Origin: Reyranella sp.
GTDB lineage: Bacteria; Pseudomonadota; Alphaproteobacteria; Reyranellales; Reyranellaceae
NCBI GenBank assembly: GCA_052439685.1
Contig: JBQVQG010000028.1
Coordinates: 541 to 64,540 of the forward strand
DNA: 64,000 nucleotides
Direction of reading: 5' to 3'
This document shows positions 39,764-48,687 of this stretch, piece after piece. How positions within the stretch are numbered: position 1 is the stretch's first letter; each line of letters starts with the position of its first letter. Both the position numbers and the translations under genes were made by a program. The notes beneath the pieces were generated by a model. The model did not search any database and was not told where the DNA came from. It worked only from the letters and a program-made list of their open reading frames with translations.

Positions 39764-40192
39764 CTAGTGCCGCGCCGGCAGCGGCAGGATCACGGGCGTA
39801 GGCGGCGGCGGGATCAGGGGGAGGCCGAGCGTGTGGTTGAGTTCGGCCACGTCGTCGATCCAGGGCGAGACGCGGTCGGCGCCGGTCGCGGGCGGGGGCT
39901 CGTGGGTCATGAGCTGCGTCACCGTCACCGAATCCGGCCGGTGCGGGCCCGCGACATGGGCGAGGTGGAAGCGGCGGCCGTCGGTGAGGCTGGCGACGCA
40001 CTCCAGCAAGGTGGAGGTACCCGCGCGCCGCGTGCGATAGGCCTCGACCTGCTCCAGGTCATCGAAGGTGAAGCCGTAGGGCTGGTCCGCCGCAAGCTCG
40101 AAAGCACGCCGGATCAGAGCGGCTTCCCGGTCGAGCGGATCCCTTGCCCCCAGATCCCGGGCATTGGGCAGGTATTCGAAAGCGACGGACAT
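39764..40192 (-). CDS. Hypothetical protein (third gene of putative SOS operon)
   Basis: 142 aa; GGAGAG RBS; 10-bp gap from the upstream gene. Confidence 0.7.
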   Translation of the reverse strand: MSVAFEYLPNARDLGARDPLDREAALIRRAFELAADQPYGFTFDDLEQVEAYRTRRAGTSTLLECVASLTDGRRFHLAHVAGPHRPDSVTVTQLMTHEPPPATGADRVSPWIDDVAELNHTLGLPLIPPPPTPVILPLPARH

Positions 40193-40202
40193 GGGCTCTC
40201 CC

Positions 40203-40793
40203 TTACAGATGGTGCAGGCCGCGGCAGCAACGCCAGAACCATGCCCGGTGTTCCCGCTCCGCCCATTCGATCATCACGCCTGCATGGTTGCGCGGGTCGG
40301 AGATGGTGGGATGGGCCTTTTCGATGATCTTCGCGGCGTTGAAATGCGCGGTGTAGGAATAGGTGCCGACATGCCGCTCGGCGCGGTAATGGGCGACCAC
40401 CTGGCGGGTCATGCCGGTCAGGCGGCCCCAGGCGAGGATCTCCTCGCGCTCGGCCGCCATGCGCTCCCATTCCAGCGCCACTTCCTCGCGCGTGGCGCCA
40501 CGCGTGCAGTGAGCCTTGAGGCGATGAAGCCGCGTCTCCAGCGCATGTTCGCGGAGTTTCGCGGCCTGCTCGGGGCAGGTGAAGTAGAAGTGCCGGATGC
40601 CGTTGAACTCGCCGCTGCGCACGTCGCCGAACGGCTTCATCCAGCCGCTCAGCTCGGCCAGTTCCAACGACGTCCAGCCGCCGCGGTGGATGATGGCGGT
40701 GGTGTGCGGGAAGGCCCGCTCGAGTTCCTCCGAGGTATTGCAGCGCACGCGCACGGGCGGCGGCGGCGGGAGAGGCAGGTCGCCACGCATCAT
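40203..40793 (-). CDS. Hypothetical protein (second gene of putative SOS operon)
   Basis: 196 aa from ATG 40793 with GGGAGG RBS. Confidence 0.7.
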   Translation of the reverse strand: MMRGDLPLPPPPPVRVRCNTSEELERAFPHTTAIIHRGGWTSLELAELSGWMKPFGDVRSGEFNGIRHFYFTCPEQAAKLREHALETRLHRLKAHCTRGATREEVALEWERMAAEREEILAWGRLTGMTRQVVAHYRAERHVGTYSYTAHFNAAKIIEKAHPTISDPRNHAGVMIEWAEREHRAWFWRCCRGLHHL

Positions 40794-40804
40794 CGTCGCC
40801 TCCC

Positions 40805-41038
40805 TCAGTGATTGCGCACGAAGGAGCGCACGGAGGCGGCCGACAGGAAGCGCGTGACGCTGAAGGCGCGCGAGCCGCACTTGCCGCAGACCACGCCGGC
40901 CTCTGCGAGCGTCCGGCGGTCGCCCGCCACGGCCTTCAATGCGGCGGCGGTGACGACCACGCGACGCACGCAGCGGTCGCATTCGATGCCGACGGGATGC
41001 CTGCCCGTGGCGACGTCGTGAAGCGTGAGACCGGTCAT
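40805..41038 (-). CDS. Small zinc-ribbon-like protein (CxxC...CxxC)
   Basis: 77 aa, ECDRC and VCGKC; AGGAGG RBS before ATG 41038. Confidence 0.75.
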   Translation of the reverse strand: MTGLTLHDVATGRHPVGIECDRCVRRVVVTAAALKAVAGDRRTLAEAGVVCGKCGSRAFSVTRFLSAASVRSFVRNH

Positions 41039-41070
41039 CCAGCACCTCCTTGCTGGACCGACTCGTATGC

Positions 41071-41085
41071 GAACAAAACAGGAAC
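41071..41085 (-). promoter_or_regulatory. Alphaproteobacterial LexA (SOS) box
   Basis: GAAC-AAAACAG-GAAC (GTTC-N7-GTTC on minus strand), 33 bp upstream of ATG 41038. Confidence 0.8.
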
Positions 41086-41178
41086 AACAAGCCACTTAAT
41101 ACGGGGGGTGCGGCGGGGAGAGAGCGCTATCCTTGGGGGCGGCCTTGAGGTGGCCTAGGGGGCGCCGGTTCGCCGCTG

Positions 41179-41685
41179 CTACTTCACATGCAGGGTTGCC
41201 AGGAACGCCAACAGGGAAAAGCCAATGCTTCCCAGCGCGGCGAGGCGCCATGCCCAGCCGTAGAACCAGACCTTTCTGGCGACGGTGGAAGATCTTCTGG
41301 CCAGAACCGCCTCGTCGAGTGCTGCGGGATCACCCTCTTTCTCGCCAAAAGAGACGCCGAAAAAATCTCCTTCGAAGTTAATGACGGGAAAGGCAAAGCA
41401 ACAACTTGCAATCGTTGCTATCAGGCTCGCATGGCCAACGACGATGCCGAGCAGGCGCAACGTGCTGTTGCCGACCTGAAGAAGGTCGCTGCCATTTATG
41501 ATCAGGACGTAGGCGAGGGCCGCAACAACCATCGCGTTTACCCTGAGAAGCACGGAGGTCTTCGAATCGAGATTCGACAAGATGCCGTTCAGGCGATCGC
41601 AAGCCGTCAGGATGGCCCGCGCCTCCGGACTGCCCTGACCGAGTTGAATGTTTGCCAGGAAAAGAGCTTGCTTATGCAGTCTCAT
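41179..41685 (-). CDS. Three-TM membrane protein resembling Pycsar TM effectors
   Basis: LDSKTSVLLRVNAMVVA resembles the effector D.KA..LL..N pattern; GGAGG RBS; lower GC. Confidence 0.55.
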   Translation of the reverse strand: MRLHKQALFLANIQLGQGSPEARAILTACDRLNGILSNLDSKTSVLLRVNAMVVAALAYVLIINGSDLLQVGNSTLRLLGIVVGHASLIATIASCCFAFPVINFEGDFFGVSFGEKEGDPAALDEAVLARRSSTVARKVWFYGWAWRLAALGSIGFSLLAFLATLHVK

Positions 41686-41744
41686 ACGGCCTCCTGCATC
41701 GCCCCGGATTCGCCGGAGGCTTTTTGGTTTGAGTGACGCCGCCC

Positions 41745-42119
41745 CTAGGGCCGCGCCCTGTAGTCGAAGTCGGCGTCGCTCAGCAGCCAGAAGGCGGAGA
41801 TCCTGTCGTCGCGCATCCGGTAGAAATAGTTCACCTCGGTGGTGAAGCGCTGGCCGCTGGCGATGAGGGTGCAGGCATGGACGAAGCGGAGGGCGAAGCG
41901 GTCGGTGTCGGCGACGATGTCCTGGATGTCGTAGGCGGCGTCGCTGAAATGGAGCCGGTCCCATTCGAGGCGCCGCACGACGTCGTCGCGGGTCAGCACC
42001 TGCGCGCGATGATGGCCGACCATGTCGGCATGATAGAAGCGCGGCACGGCGGCGGGATCGAACCTCTCCCAGACGTCCTGCATCAGTCGAACGGCGAAGG
42101 CGCGGGTCGTCTCGGACAT
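41745..42119 (-). CDS. SnoaL/ester cyclase-like (NTF2-fold) protein
   Basis: 124 aa: VWE.FD...V.RFYH.D, DIVAD.DRFALRF, YRMRDDRI...W. Confidence 0.75.
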   Translation of the reverse strand: MSETTRAFAVRLMQDVWERFDPAAVPRFYHADMVGHHRAQVLTRDDVVRRLEWDRLHFSDAAYDIQDIVADTDRFALRFVHACTLIASGQRFTTEVNYFYRMRDDRISAFWLLSDADFDYRARP

Positions 42120-42133
42120 GCTTCTCTCCGGGG

Positions 42134-43033
42134 TCAGTCGGCCGTCGCGCCGATATAGGGAATGATCTGCCGGTCGGGCCGGTCGAAGTCGATCAGGATG
42201 CGGCCGGGGATCTTCGCGACCTCGAGGTTCTTCGTGAAGAAGGCGCGGCTGCCGAAGCGCGGCAGGAACTCGGCCCGCGCCGTCGACCAGTCGACGAAGG
42301 CGCAGTAGTGCGCGGCGGGCAGGGTGCAGGGATCGCGGGCCGGCTCGATCTGGGAAAATCCCAGCGGATGCCAGTCGTGATAGAGGCTGCCGATGAAGCG
42401 GCTGGCGGGATAGGGGGCCGGGCCGCAGTTGAATCGGCGCGCGAGTTCGCAATAGCGCGGATAGCTGTCGCGGAAATCGCTCACGCGATACGAGGCGCTG
42501 TCGGTCGATTGCAGCTCCTTCGCCTCGGCCCCGGTGAGTGCGTTCGCGCCTTCGAGGAAGCGCTGGCCGATCGTCTCGCCTTTCTCCTGCTCCACCGCGC
42601 GGATGATCTGCAGCAGGCCGCGCGCATTGGCCGGATAGAGCTCGGTGCGCCGCGGGAAGATGACGGCCGAGACGTGCTGGCCCTCGCCCAGGCGCAGCCC
42701 GTTCTTCTCCAGCGCCTGCTTCGCCGTGTAGCCCGCCATTTCCTCGTAGCTCGCGACGAACGAATAGAGCTGGTCCGGCGGCCCGAGCCGTTCCAGCCGG
42801 TCGATCGCCAGCCACGGCTCCTTCTGCGGATCGAAGGCGACCAGGCGGATGAGATGGCCGACCGGGCGGCTGCTCTCGAGATCCGCCCAGGCCTGCGCGG
42901 CGCTCATGCGCTCGAACGAAGGCGGCGCGGCACGCGGCGGGGCGAGGGCGATCGCGACGGCGGCGAGGATCACGCCGGCGGCCAGGCTCGCGAACAGGGC
43001 GCCCCTGAGGAGGCGTTTCGAGGGGATCGTCAT
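42134..43033 (-). CDS. Membrane-anchored or exported hypothetical protein
   Basis: 299 aa; N-terminal hydrophobic helix; four C-terminal Cys. Confidence 0.7.
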   Translation of the reverse strand: MTIPSKRLLRGALFASLAAGVILAAVAIALAPPRAAPPSFERMSAAQAWADLESSRPVGHLIRLVAFDPQKEPWLAIDRLERLGPPDQLYSFVASYEEMAGYTAKQALEKNGLRLGEGQHVSAVIFPRRTELYPANARGLLQIIRAVEQEKGETIGQRFLEGANALTGAEAKELQSTDSASYRVSDFRDSYPRYCELARRFNCGPAPYPASRFIGSLYHDWHPLGFSQIEPARDPCTLPAAHYCAFVDWSTARAEFLPRFGSRAFFTKNLEVAKIPGRILIDFDRPDRQIIPYIGATAD

Positions 43034-43121
43034 TCAGCCTTCTCTATACGCCGGGACCATCGCATATGATCTCCGTCGCCTTGCCATCTTTCGGACGTGG
43101 TGACACCCCACATCCAAGGAC

Positions 43122-44549
43122 ATGCTTCGAGGCGACGACCTGGTGACACCTCTTTCCCGTCTGAAAAACGCGGCCGATTCCACCCTGGAGGGGCTGGCGG
43201 CGGCGTTCGACGCCTCGCCGCTGGGGCAGCGGCGGCATCGCATCGCCGTGACCGGGCTGCAGCGCTCGGGCAAGACCGTGTTCATCACCGCCTTCGCCCA
43301 TGCGCTCCGCACGGCGGCGCAGGCGCCGATGGCGGCCTTCCCGTTCTTTCCCTGGCGCGAGCATGTGCGCGACGTCGAACTGCTGGCGATCCCCGGCGTG
43401 CCGCGCTTTCCCGTCGAGGAGCGGCTGGACCAGTTGCTCGCCGAGCCGCCGGCCTGGCCGGCGCCGACCACCGGCTTGAGCGGCCTCAGGGTGCGCATCC
43501 GGCACGGCGATGTCGGCCTGTTGCGCTCGGCGCTGTCGTCGACGGCCACCACCGATCTCGATCTCATCGACTATCCCGGCGAATGGCTTCTGGACCTGCC
43601 GATGCTGACCCAGTCGTTCCGCGACTGGTCGCGGCAGATGGAGGAGCTGGCCAACAGCGCCGGCCGGCACGATCTCGCGGCACCCTGGCTCGCCGCCGTG
43701 CGCGCGCTCGATCCCGCCGCGCCGGAGAATCCCGCCGAGCTGGCGCGCATCGGCCTGCTCTATCGCGACTATCTCCTGCGCTGCCGCGAGGAGCGCAGCC
43801 TGTGCTTCGTGCAGCCCGGCCGCTTTGCGCTGGCCGACGAAACGGTCGATCCGGCCGCCTTGTTCTTCCCGCTCTCCACCGTGCGCTCGGGCGTGCGTGG
43901 GCCCCGCAGCGGCACGATGGGCGCCGCACTACTGCGCCGCCACGCCGCCTACCTGAAGCAGGTGCGGCAGTTCTACGGCGAGGTGTTCGGCCGCATGGGC
44001 AAGCAGGTGCTGCTGGTCGATCTGCTGTCGGCGCTGCAGCAGGGCCGTGACGCCTTCGCCGATCTCGGCCTCGCCATCCGCAGCATCAGCGACGCCTTCG
44101 ACGATCTGCGCAACCCGCTGCTGCGCCTGCTGCCGCTCGCCCGGGTCGACCGGCTGGCGCTGGCCGCCACCAAGGCCGACCATGTCACCGCCGACCAGCA
44201 TGCCAACTTGGTCAACCTGCTGCGCGACCTGATCGGGGAGCCGTTCCTGCAGGCGACGGCGCGGCAGTCGGGCCTGCTGGCCGTGGCCTCGGTGCGCGCG
44301 ACCACCGACCTCAAGCTCAAGGTCAACGGGCTCGCCACGCCCTTCCTGCGCGGCATCCCGGCCGGCCGAGCTGAGGTGCTCGACATCCAGCCCGGCGTGA
44401 TCCCCGGCACCATCCCCGCCGCCGACCAGTGGGCCGAGCAGGGCTTCAACATCCGCCGCTTCGAGCCGCCGCGCCTGGGCCCCGCCTTCCGCGACCGCCC
44501 GCTGCCGCACGTCAATCTCGACAAGGTCCTCCAGTTCCTCCTCGCGTGA
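43122..44549 (+). CDS. ycjX: YcjX family P-loop ATPase
   Basis: IAVTGLQRSGKTVF, LDLIDYPGEWLLDLP, ATKADHV, LDKVLQFL. Confidence 0.93.
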   Translation: MLRGDDLVTPLSRLKNAADSTLEGLAAAFDASPLGQRRHRIAVTGLQRSGKTVFITAFAHALRTAAQAPMAAFPFFPWREHVRDVELLAIPGVPRFPVEERLDQLLAEPPAWPAPTTGLSGLRVRIRHGDVGLLRSALSSTATTDLDLIDYPGEWLLDLPMLTQSFRDWSRQMEELANSAGRHDLAAPWLAAVRALDPAAPENPAELARIGLLYRDYLLRCREERSLCFVQPGRFALADETVDPAALFFPLSTVRSGVRGPRSGTMGAALLRRHAAYLKQVRQFYGEVFGRMGKQVLLVDLLSALQQGRDAFADLGLAIRSISDAFDDLRNPLLRLLPLARVDRLALAATKADHVTADQHANLVNLLRDLIGEPFLQATARQSGLLAVASVRATTDLKLKVNGLATPFLRGIPAGRAEVLDIQPGVIPGTIPAADQWAEQGFNIRRFEPPRLGPAFRDRPLPHVNLDKVLQFLLA

Positions 44550-44557
44550 GCATCCTC

Positions 44558-45475
44558 ATGAGCACCACCAACGCCGAGACCCCCCGCCGCCTCGTCGACA
44601 TGGAGTTCCGGCCGGGCGACCTGCCGCCGGCCGACGCGCCCTCGCTCGACGAGGTCCTGCCCGAGGTGACGACGCGCCCGCCGGCGATCCGCTGGCCGGC
44701 CAAGCTGGCGCTGGGCTCGGCCGGCCTGCTGCTGGTGCTGTTCGTCGTCGACGGCGCGGTCTCGCTGCTGCGCAGTGCGATCGAGCAGGGCAGCGTGCTC
44801 GACCTGGCGCAGTTCGGCCTGCTGGTGGCGCTGCTGGTCTCGACCTTGTGGCTGGTGGCCGGCCAGGCCCGCGCCTATGCGCGGCTGAAGTCGGCGGAGC
44901 GGGCGAGGGAACTCGCCGAGCATCTGGCGCGGCTGGGCGGCGTCGGCAGCGGCGGCCGCCTGGTCGGCGTCCTCGAGGCGCTCTACGCCGGCAATCCCGA
45001 GGTGCGCGGCAAGCTCGGCGCCGTCTCGGCCGCGCTGCAGCCGCAGCACACCGACGCCGACGTGATCGATCTTCTGAACCGCGAGATCTTCGTGCCGATG
45101 GATCGCCTGGCCGACGACCGCATCCAGCGCGCCGCGCTGCGCGCCAGCCTCGGCGTGGCGGCCTGTCCGCACCCCGCGCTCGACGCGCTGGTCGTGGTGG
45201 GCATCGGCGTCGCGCTGGTGAAGGACCTGATGCTGATCTACGGGCTGCGCCATAGCGCGCGCGCCGTCTGGCGCATCATCTCGCACGTCCTCCTGTCGGC
45301 CTCCTCGACTGCCGTCATGAGCAGCGTCGTCGAGTTCGCGATGAAGGCCACCCACGACCGCATCGCTGCCGCTGTCGTCGGCACCGCCGGTGAAGCCCTG
45401 GTCGTCGCCCGCCGCATCTTCGCGCTCGGCATGCTGGCCAAGGAGGAGATCCGCCCGCTGCCGGCGCCGCGGTGA
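44558..45475 (+). CDS. ycjF: YcjF family (DUF697) membrane protein
   Basis: Two TM segments, P.D..A...I, P.P.LD, IYGLR, RPLP end; follows ycjX. Confidence 0.88.
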   Translation: MSTTNAETPRRLVDMEFRPGDLPPADAPSLDEVLPEVTTRPPAIRWPAKLALGSAGLLLVLFVVDGAVSLLRSAIEQGSVLDLAQFGLLVALLVSTLWLVAGQARAYARLKSAERARELAEHLARLGGVGSGGRLVGVLEALYAGNPEVRGKLGAVSAALQPQHTDADVIDLLNREIFVPMDRLADDRIQRAALRASLGVAACPHPALDALVVVGIGVALVKDLMLIYGLRHSARAVWRIISHVLLSASSTAVMSSVVEFAMKATHDRIAAAVVGTAGEALVVARRIFALGMLAKEEIRPLPAPR

Positions 45476-45505
45476 GGGGAGTGTTGTCGGGCGTTTATGA
45501 GGGCG

Positions 45506-47221
45506 TCAGGCCGCCGCTTCCAGTCGATCATCCGAAGGCTCCAGGGCCTCGTGCAGCAGCGCATCGAGCAGCCTGCTCCGCGCTGTCTCCTCCGCGGCAA
45601 GGCTCGCTTCCAGTCGGTCGCAAAGGGACATCAGCATATCTACGCGGGTGACGATACGCTGTTGCTCGTGCACAGGCGGTATTGGGATTGCAAGGGGTTT
45701 GAGCTTTGCTGCCTTGATCCCCCTGGCCGTCATACCAGTGGCGTGGCTGTCGATAAGGTGCTGCATGACATCGCTCATCAAGAACAGCATCAATAGCCGG
45801 GTGTTGATCTTCCCATAGGGCTGAAAGCAGATTGCACGCTGAGCGAGTGCAAAGGGCTCCTCGATATCATTCAGGCAAATGTTTGCGAGTGGCGCTTCGG
45901 TGGTGAAGAAAAGGTCGCCGACTTCGGGAAAGCCGCGCGTCATCCAAGTCTTGAAGGTTGCCAGTGAAATGTATTCCCGCGGCTCGCGGTTCAGGTACCC
46001 CCTGCGAATGTTCTTCGCGGTAATAAGCGGAATTCCACCATCCGTCTTAGGGGGCGTATTGCCCCGATAGTCAATGAAGAGAAAGAGGTTTTCGAATGAC
46101 TGCAGCGACCAGCCAGGCGGAAGCGTCATGGGAAACTCCGCCCGTGCCGGATCGGGAGCGATCCTGATGCGCGGGTCGCTTGTTAGGCTTTTTCTTTCGG
46201 CTTTTTTCTTTGCGATCCGCTTTAATAACTCTGACGTCGGTTCATCCGTCGGATCCTGCGGGACGAGCCTGCCTCTCACCGCGAGACTAAGGATCGCCTG
46301 CCGCAGCTGCTTGATCTGATCGGGCTGCGCCGTCATCGAGGGCAGCGCGTCGAGGGCGAAGCGGGCGTCGGTCTGGAAGGTCTCGGGGGCGGGATCGTTG
46401 AGGCGGGCGAGGCTTGCGGCGGTCAGGCGATCCCGTGTTTCCTCCCGTGCCGTCCGTGACTTCTCGAGCTGGTCGCACAGAGCCATCAATTCATCGACCT
46501 TGGCGACGATGCGGTGTTGTTCCGCAAAAGGAGGCAAACCAAAAGCCAAACTGAGAAGTATCGACTGGTTCAAGTTCTGCATAGTTGAACCAACGGCAGT
46601 CCCGTTGAGGTATTCACGGGAAAACGGGGAGCCAATGAGCAGGACCAGAAATCGCGCGAATATGCACCGCGACGGTCGAAGGATGAGGCTTCCTGTTCCA
46701 CACAGCCACCCCTGCTCATGTTCCGAGACAACGGCGCAGCGGCCCATTTCACCGCGGCGCCCCATAACGATATCGTTGGCTCGAAGCTTGAAGGTGGCCA
46801 GTCGCAATAGGGTATCCGTCCCAACTGCCATCTTTTCGATCGGCACTATTCTTTCATTTTGAATGGATGCAGGGTTGATTACCGGCGTGCCGCCAACTTG
46901 GTAGTCACTCTGGTGGAGGGAGCTGCCGAACGGACCCGTCTGCAATTCATCCAGCACTTGCGCAATGCTCGCGGCAGACCAGCCAGGCGGCAGCGCGAAC
47001 GGCAGCTCGCTGGCGGTTGCCGAATGCTTCTTCCCTGATCTCGACAACAACGAAGTTGCAGAGACCCTCTTCAGCGACTCCGGCGCCGGTTCATCCCTCG
47101 AATCCTGCGACACCAGCTTCCCGCGCACGGCCAAATCGAGGATGAACCGCCGCAGCCGCGCGATCGCGTCTGGCGCCTCGGCAATCTTCTCATAGTGCGC
47201 CAGAAGCCGCTCCGCGTTCAT
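45506..47221 (-). CDS. hsdS: Type I R-M specificity subunit
   Basis: LRRFILDLAVRGKLV.QD, two LP.GW-initiated TRDs, PP..EQ.RIV..VD.LM.LCD.LE repeats; 571 aa as in type IB. Confidence 0.95.
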   Translation of the reverse strand: MNAERLLAHYEKIAEAPDAIARLRRFILDLAVRGKLVSQDSRDEPAPESLKRVSATSLLSRSGKKHSATASELPFALPPGWSAASIAQVLDELQTGPFGSSLHQSDYQVGGTPVINPASIQNERIVPIEKMAVGTDTLLRLATFKLRANDIVMGRRGEMGRCAVVSEHEQGWLCGTGSLILRPSRCIFARFLVLLIGSPFSREYLNGTAVGSTMQNLNQSILLSLAFGLPPFAEQHRIVAKVDELMALCDQLEKSRTAREETRDRLTAASLARLNDPAPETFQTDARFALDALPSMTAQPDQIKQLRQAILSLAVRGRLVPQDPTDEPTSELLKRIAKKKAERKSLTSDPRIRIAPDPARAEFPMTLPPGWSLQSFENLFLFIDYRGNTPPKTDGGIPLITAKNIRRGYLNREPREYISLATFKTWMTRGFPEVGDLFFTTEAPLANICLNDIEEPFALAQRAICFQPYGKINTRLLMLFLMSDVMQHLIDSHATGMTARGIKAAKLKPLAIPIPPVHEQQRIVTRVDMLMSLCDRLEASLAAEETARSRLLDALLHEALEPSDDRLEAAA

Positions 47222-48675
47222 CGGGCCAGCGCCTCGGCCAGGATCGCCTTCAACTGGTCGCGCAGCCGCGCGGTCTCGGCCTCGGCGGCGGTGAGGTCGG
47301 CCAGCAGGGTTTCCGGGTCGCCGTGGTCGTCGGCGACGGTGTGCGGGTTCTTGATGTCGAGATTGTAGCCGCGGGCCTTGACCTCTTCGGCCGTCACCTT
47401 CCAGGCGCGCGGGCCTTCGTCGCGGCCCCTACGTTTGGCGCCGCCCCACCAGTCGATGCAGTCCTGCAGGTGTTCGAGGCGGATCGGCCGGGTCATCGAG
47501 TAGGCCTTCTGGCCCTCGGGCACGCGATGCTCCCAGTACCAGATGTCCTTCGTCGGCGTGCCTTTCTCGAAGAACAGCAGGTTAGTGCCGATGGAGGCAT
47601 AGGGCCGGAACACCGAGTTGGGCAGCCGCACGATGGTGTGCAGGTTGCACTCCTCCATCAGGTGTTCCTTCAGCCGCGTCTTCACGCCCTCGCCGAACAG
47701 CGAGCCGTCCGGCAGCACCACGGCGGCACGGCCGCCGGTCTTCAGCAGGCGCACGATCAGCGCGAGGAACAGGTCGGCGGTTTCCTTTGTGCGGAAGTGC
47801 GTCGGGAAGTTGCTCTCGATGCCGTCTTCCTCGCGGCCGCCGAACGGTGGGTTGGTCAGCACGATGTCGACCCGGTCGGACTGGCTGTAGCTGATGTAGG
47901 GCCGCGCCAGCGTATTGTCGTGATGCACGAAGCTGGGGTCCTCGACGCCGTGCAGCAGCATGTTGGTGACGCAGAGCATATGCGGCAGCTGCTTCTTCTC
48001 GACCGCGCGCAACGCCGCCTGCATCGTGGCTTCGTCGTTGGGCCTCCTCACGTACTTGGCACGCATGTGGCGCATGGCGCCGGTGAGGAAGCCGCCCGTG
48101 CCGCAGGCCGGGTCGAGCAGCAGCTCGCCGGGGCGCGGGTCGATGCGGTCGGTCATGAAGGCGGTCACGGCGCGCGGCGTGTAGTATTCACCCGCATTGC
48201 CGGCCGACTGCAGGTCGTTGAGGATCTGCTCGTAGATGTCGCCGAAATGCTGGCGTTCGCTGAGATCGTTGAAGTCGATCTCGTTGATGCGGTTGACCAC
48301 CTGCCGCATCAGCTGGCCGGACTTCATGTAGTTGTAGGCGTCCTCGAACACGTCCTTGACGACGCGCCGCCGGTCGCCCGGCCGTGTCGAGGTTGGCAGC
48401 TCCTTCAGCGCCGGGAACAGCTCGCCGTTGATGAAGGCGAGCAGCGCGTCGCCGGTGATGCCCTCGGGGTCCGCCGCCCAGCTCCGCCATTGCAGCTTCT
48501 TCGGGATCGGCGAGCGATAGGCGTCCTTGGTGAGCTCCAGCTCCTGGTCCTGGTCGTCGATGATCTTGAGGAAGAACATCCAGCACAGCTGGCTGATGCG
48601 TTGGGCATCGCCATCGACGCCACTGTCCTGGCGCATGATGTCCTGGATGGATTTGACGGCGTTACGCACGGGCAT
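47218..48675 (-). CDS. hsdM: Type I R-M m6A methyltransferase
   Basis: GEYYTPR, LDPACGTGGF (motif I), NPPF (motif IV). Confidence 0.97.
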   Translation of the reverse strand: MPVRNAVKSIQDIMRQDSGVDGDAQRISQLCWMFFLKIIDDQDQELELTKDAYRSPIPKKLQWRSWAADPEGITGDALLAFINGELFPALKELPTSTRPGDRRRVVKDVFEDAYNYMKSGQLMRQVVNRINEIDFNDLSERQHFGDIYEQILNDLQSAGNAGEYYTPRAVTAFMTDRIDPRPGELLLDPACGTGGFLTGAMRHMRAKYVRRPNDEATMQAALRAVEKKQLPHMLCVTNMLLHGVEDPSFVHHDNTLARPYISYSQSDRVDIVLTNPPFGGREEDGIESNFPTHFRTKETADLFLALIVRLLKTGGRAAVVLPDGSLFGEGVKTRLKEHLMEECNLHTIVRLPNSVFRPYASIGTNLLFFEKGTPTKDIWYWEHRVPEGQKAYSMTRPIRLEHLQDCIDWWGGAKRRGRDEGPRAWKVTAEEVKARGYNLDIKNPHTVADDHGDPETLLADLTAAEAETARLRDQLKAILAEALAR

Positions 48676-48687
48676 GGACTGGACCGA

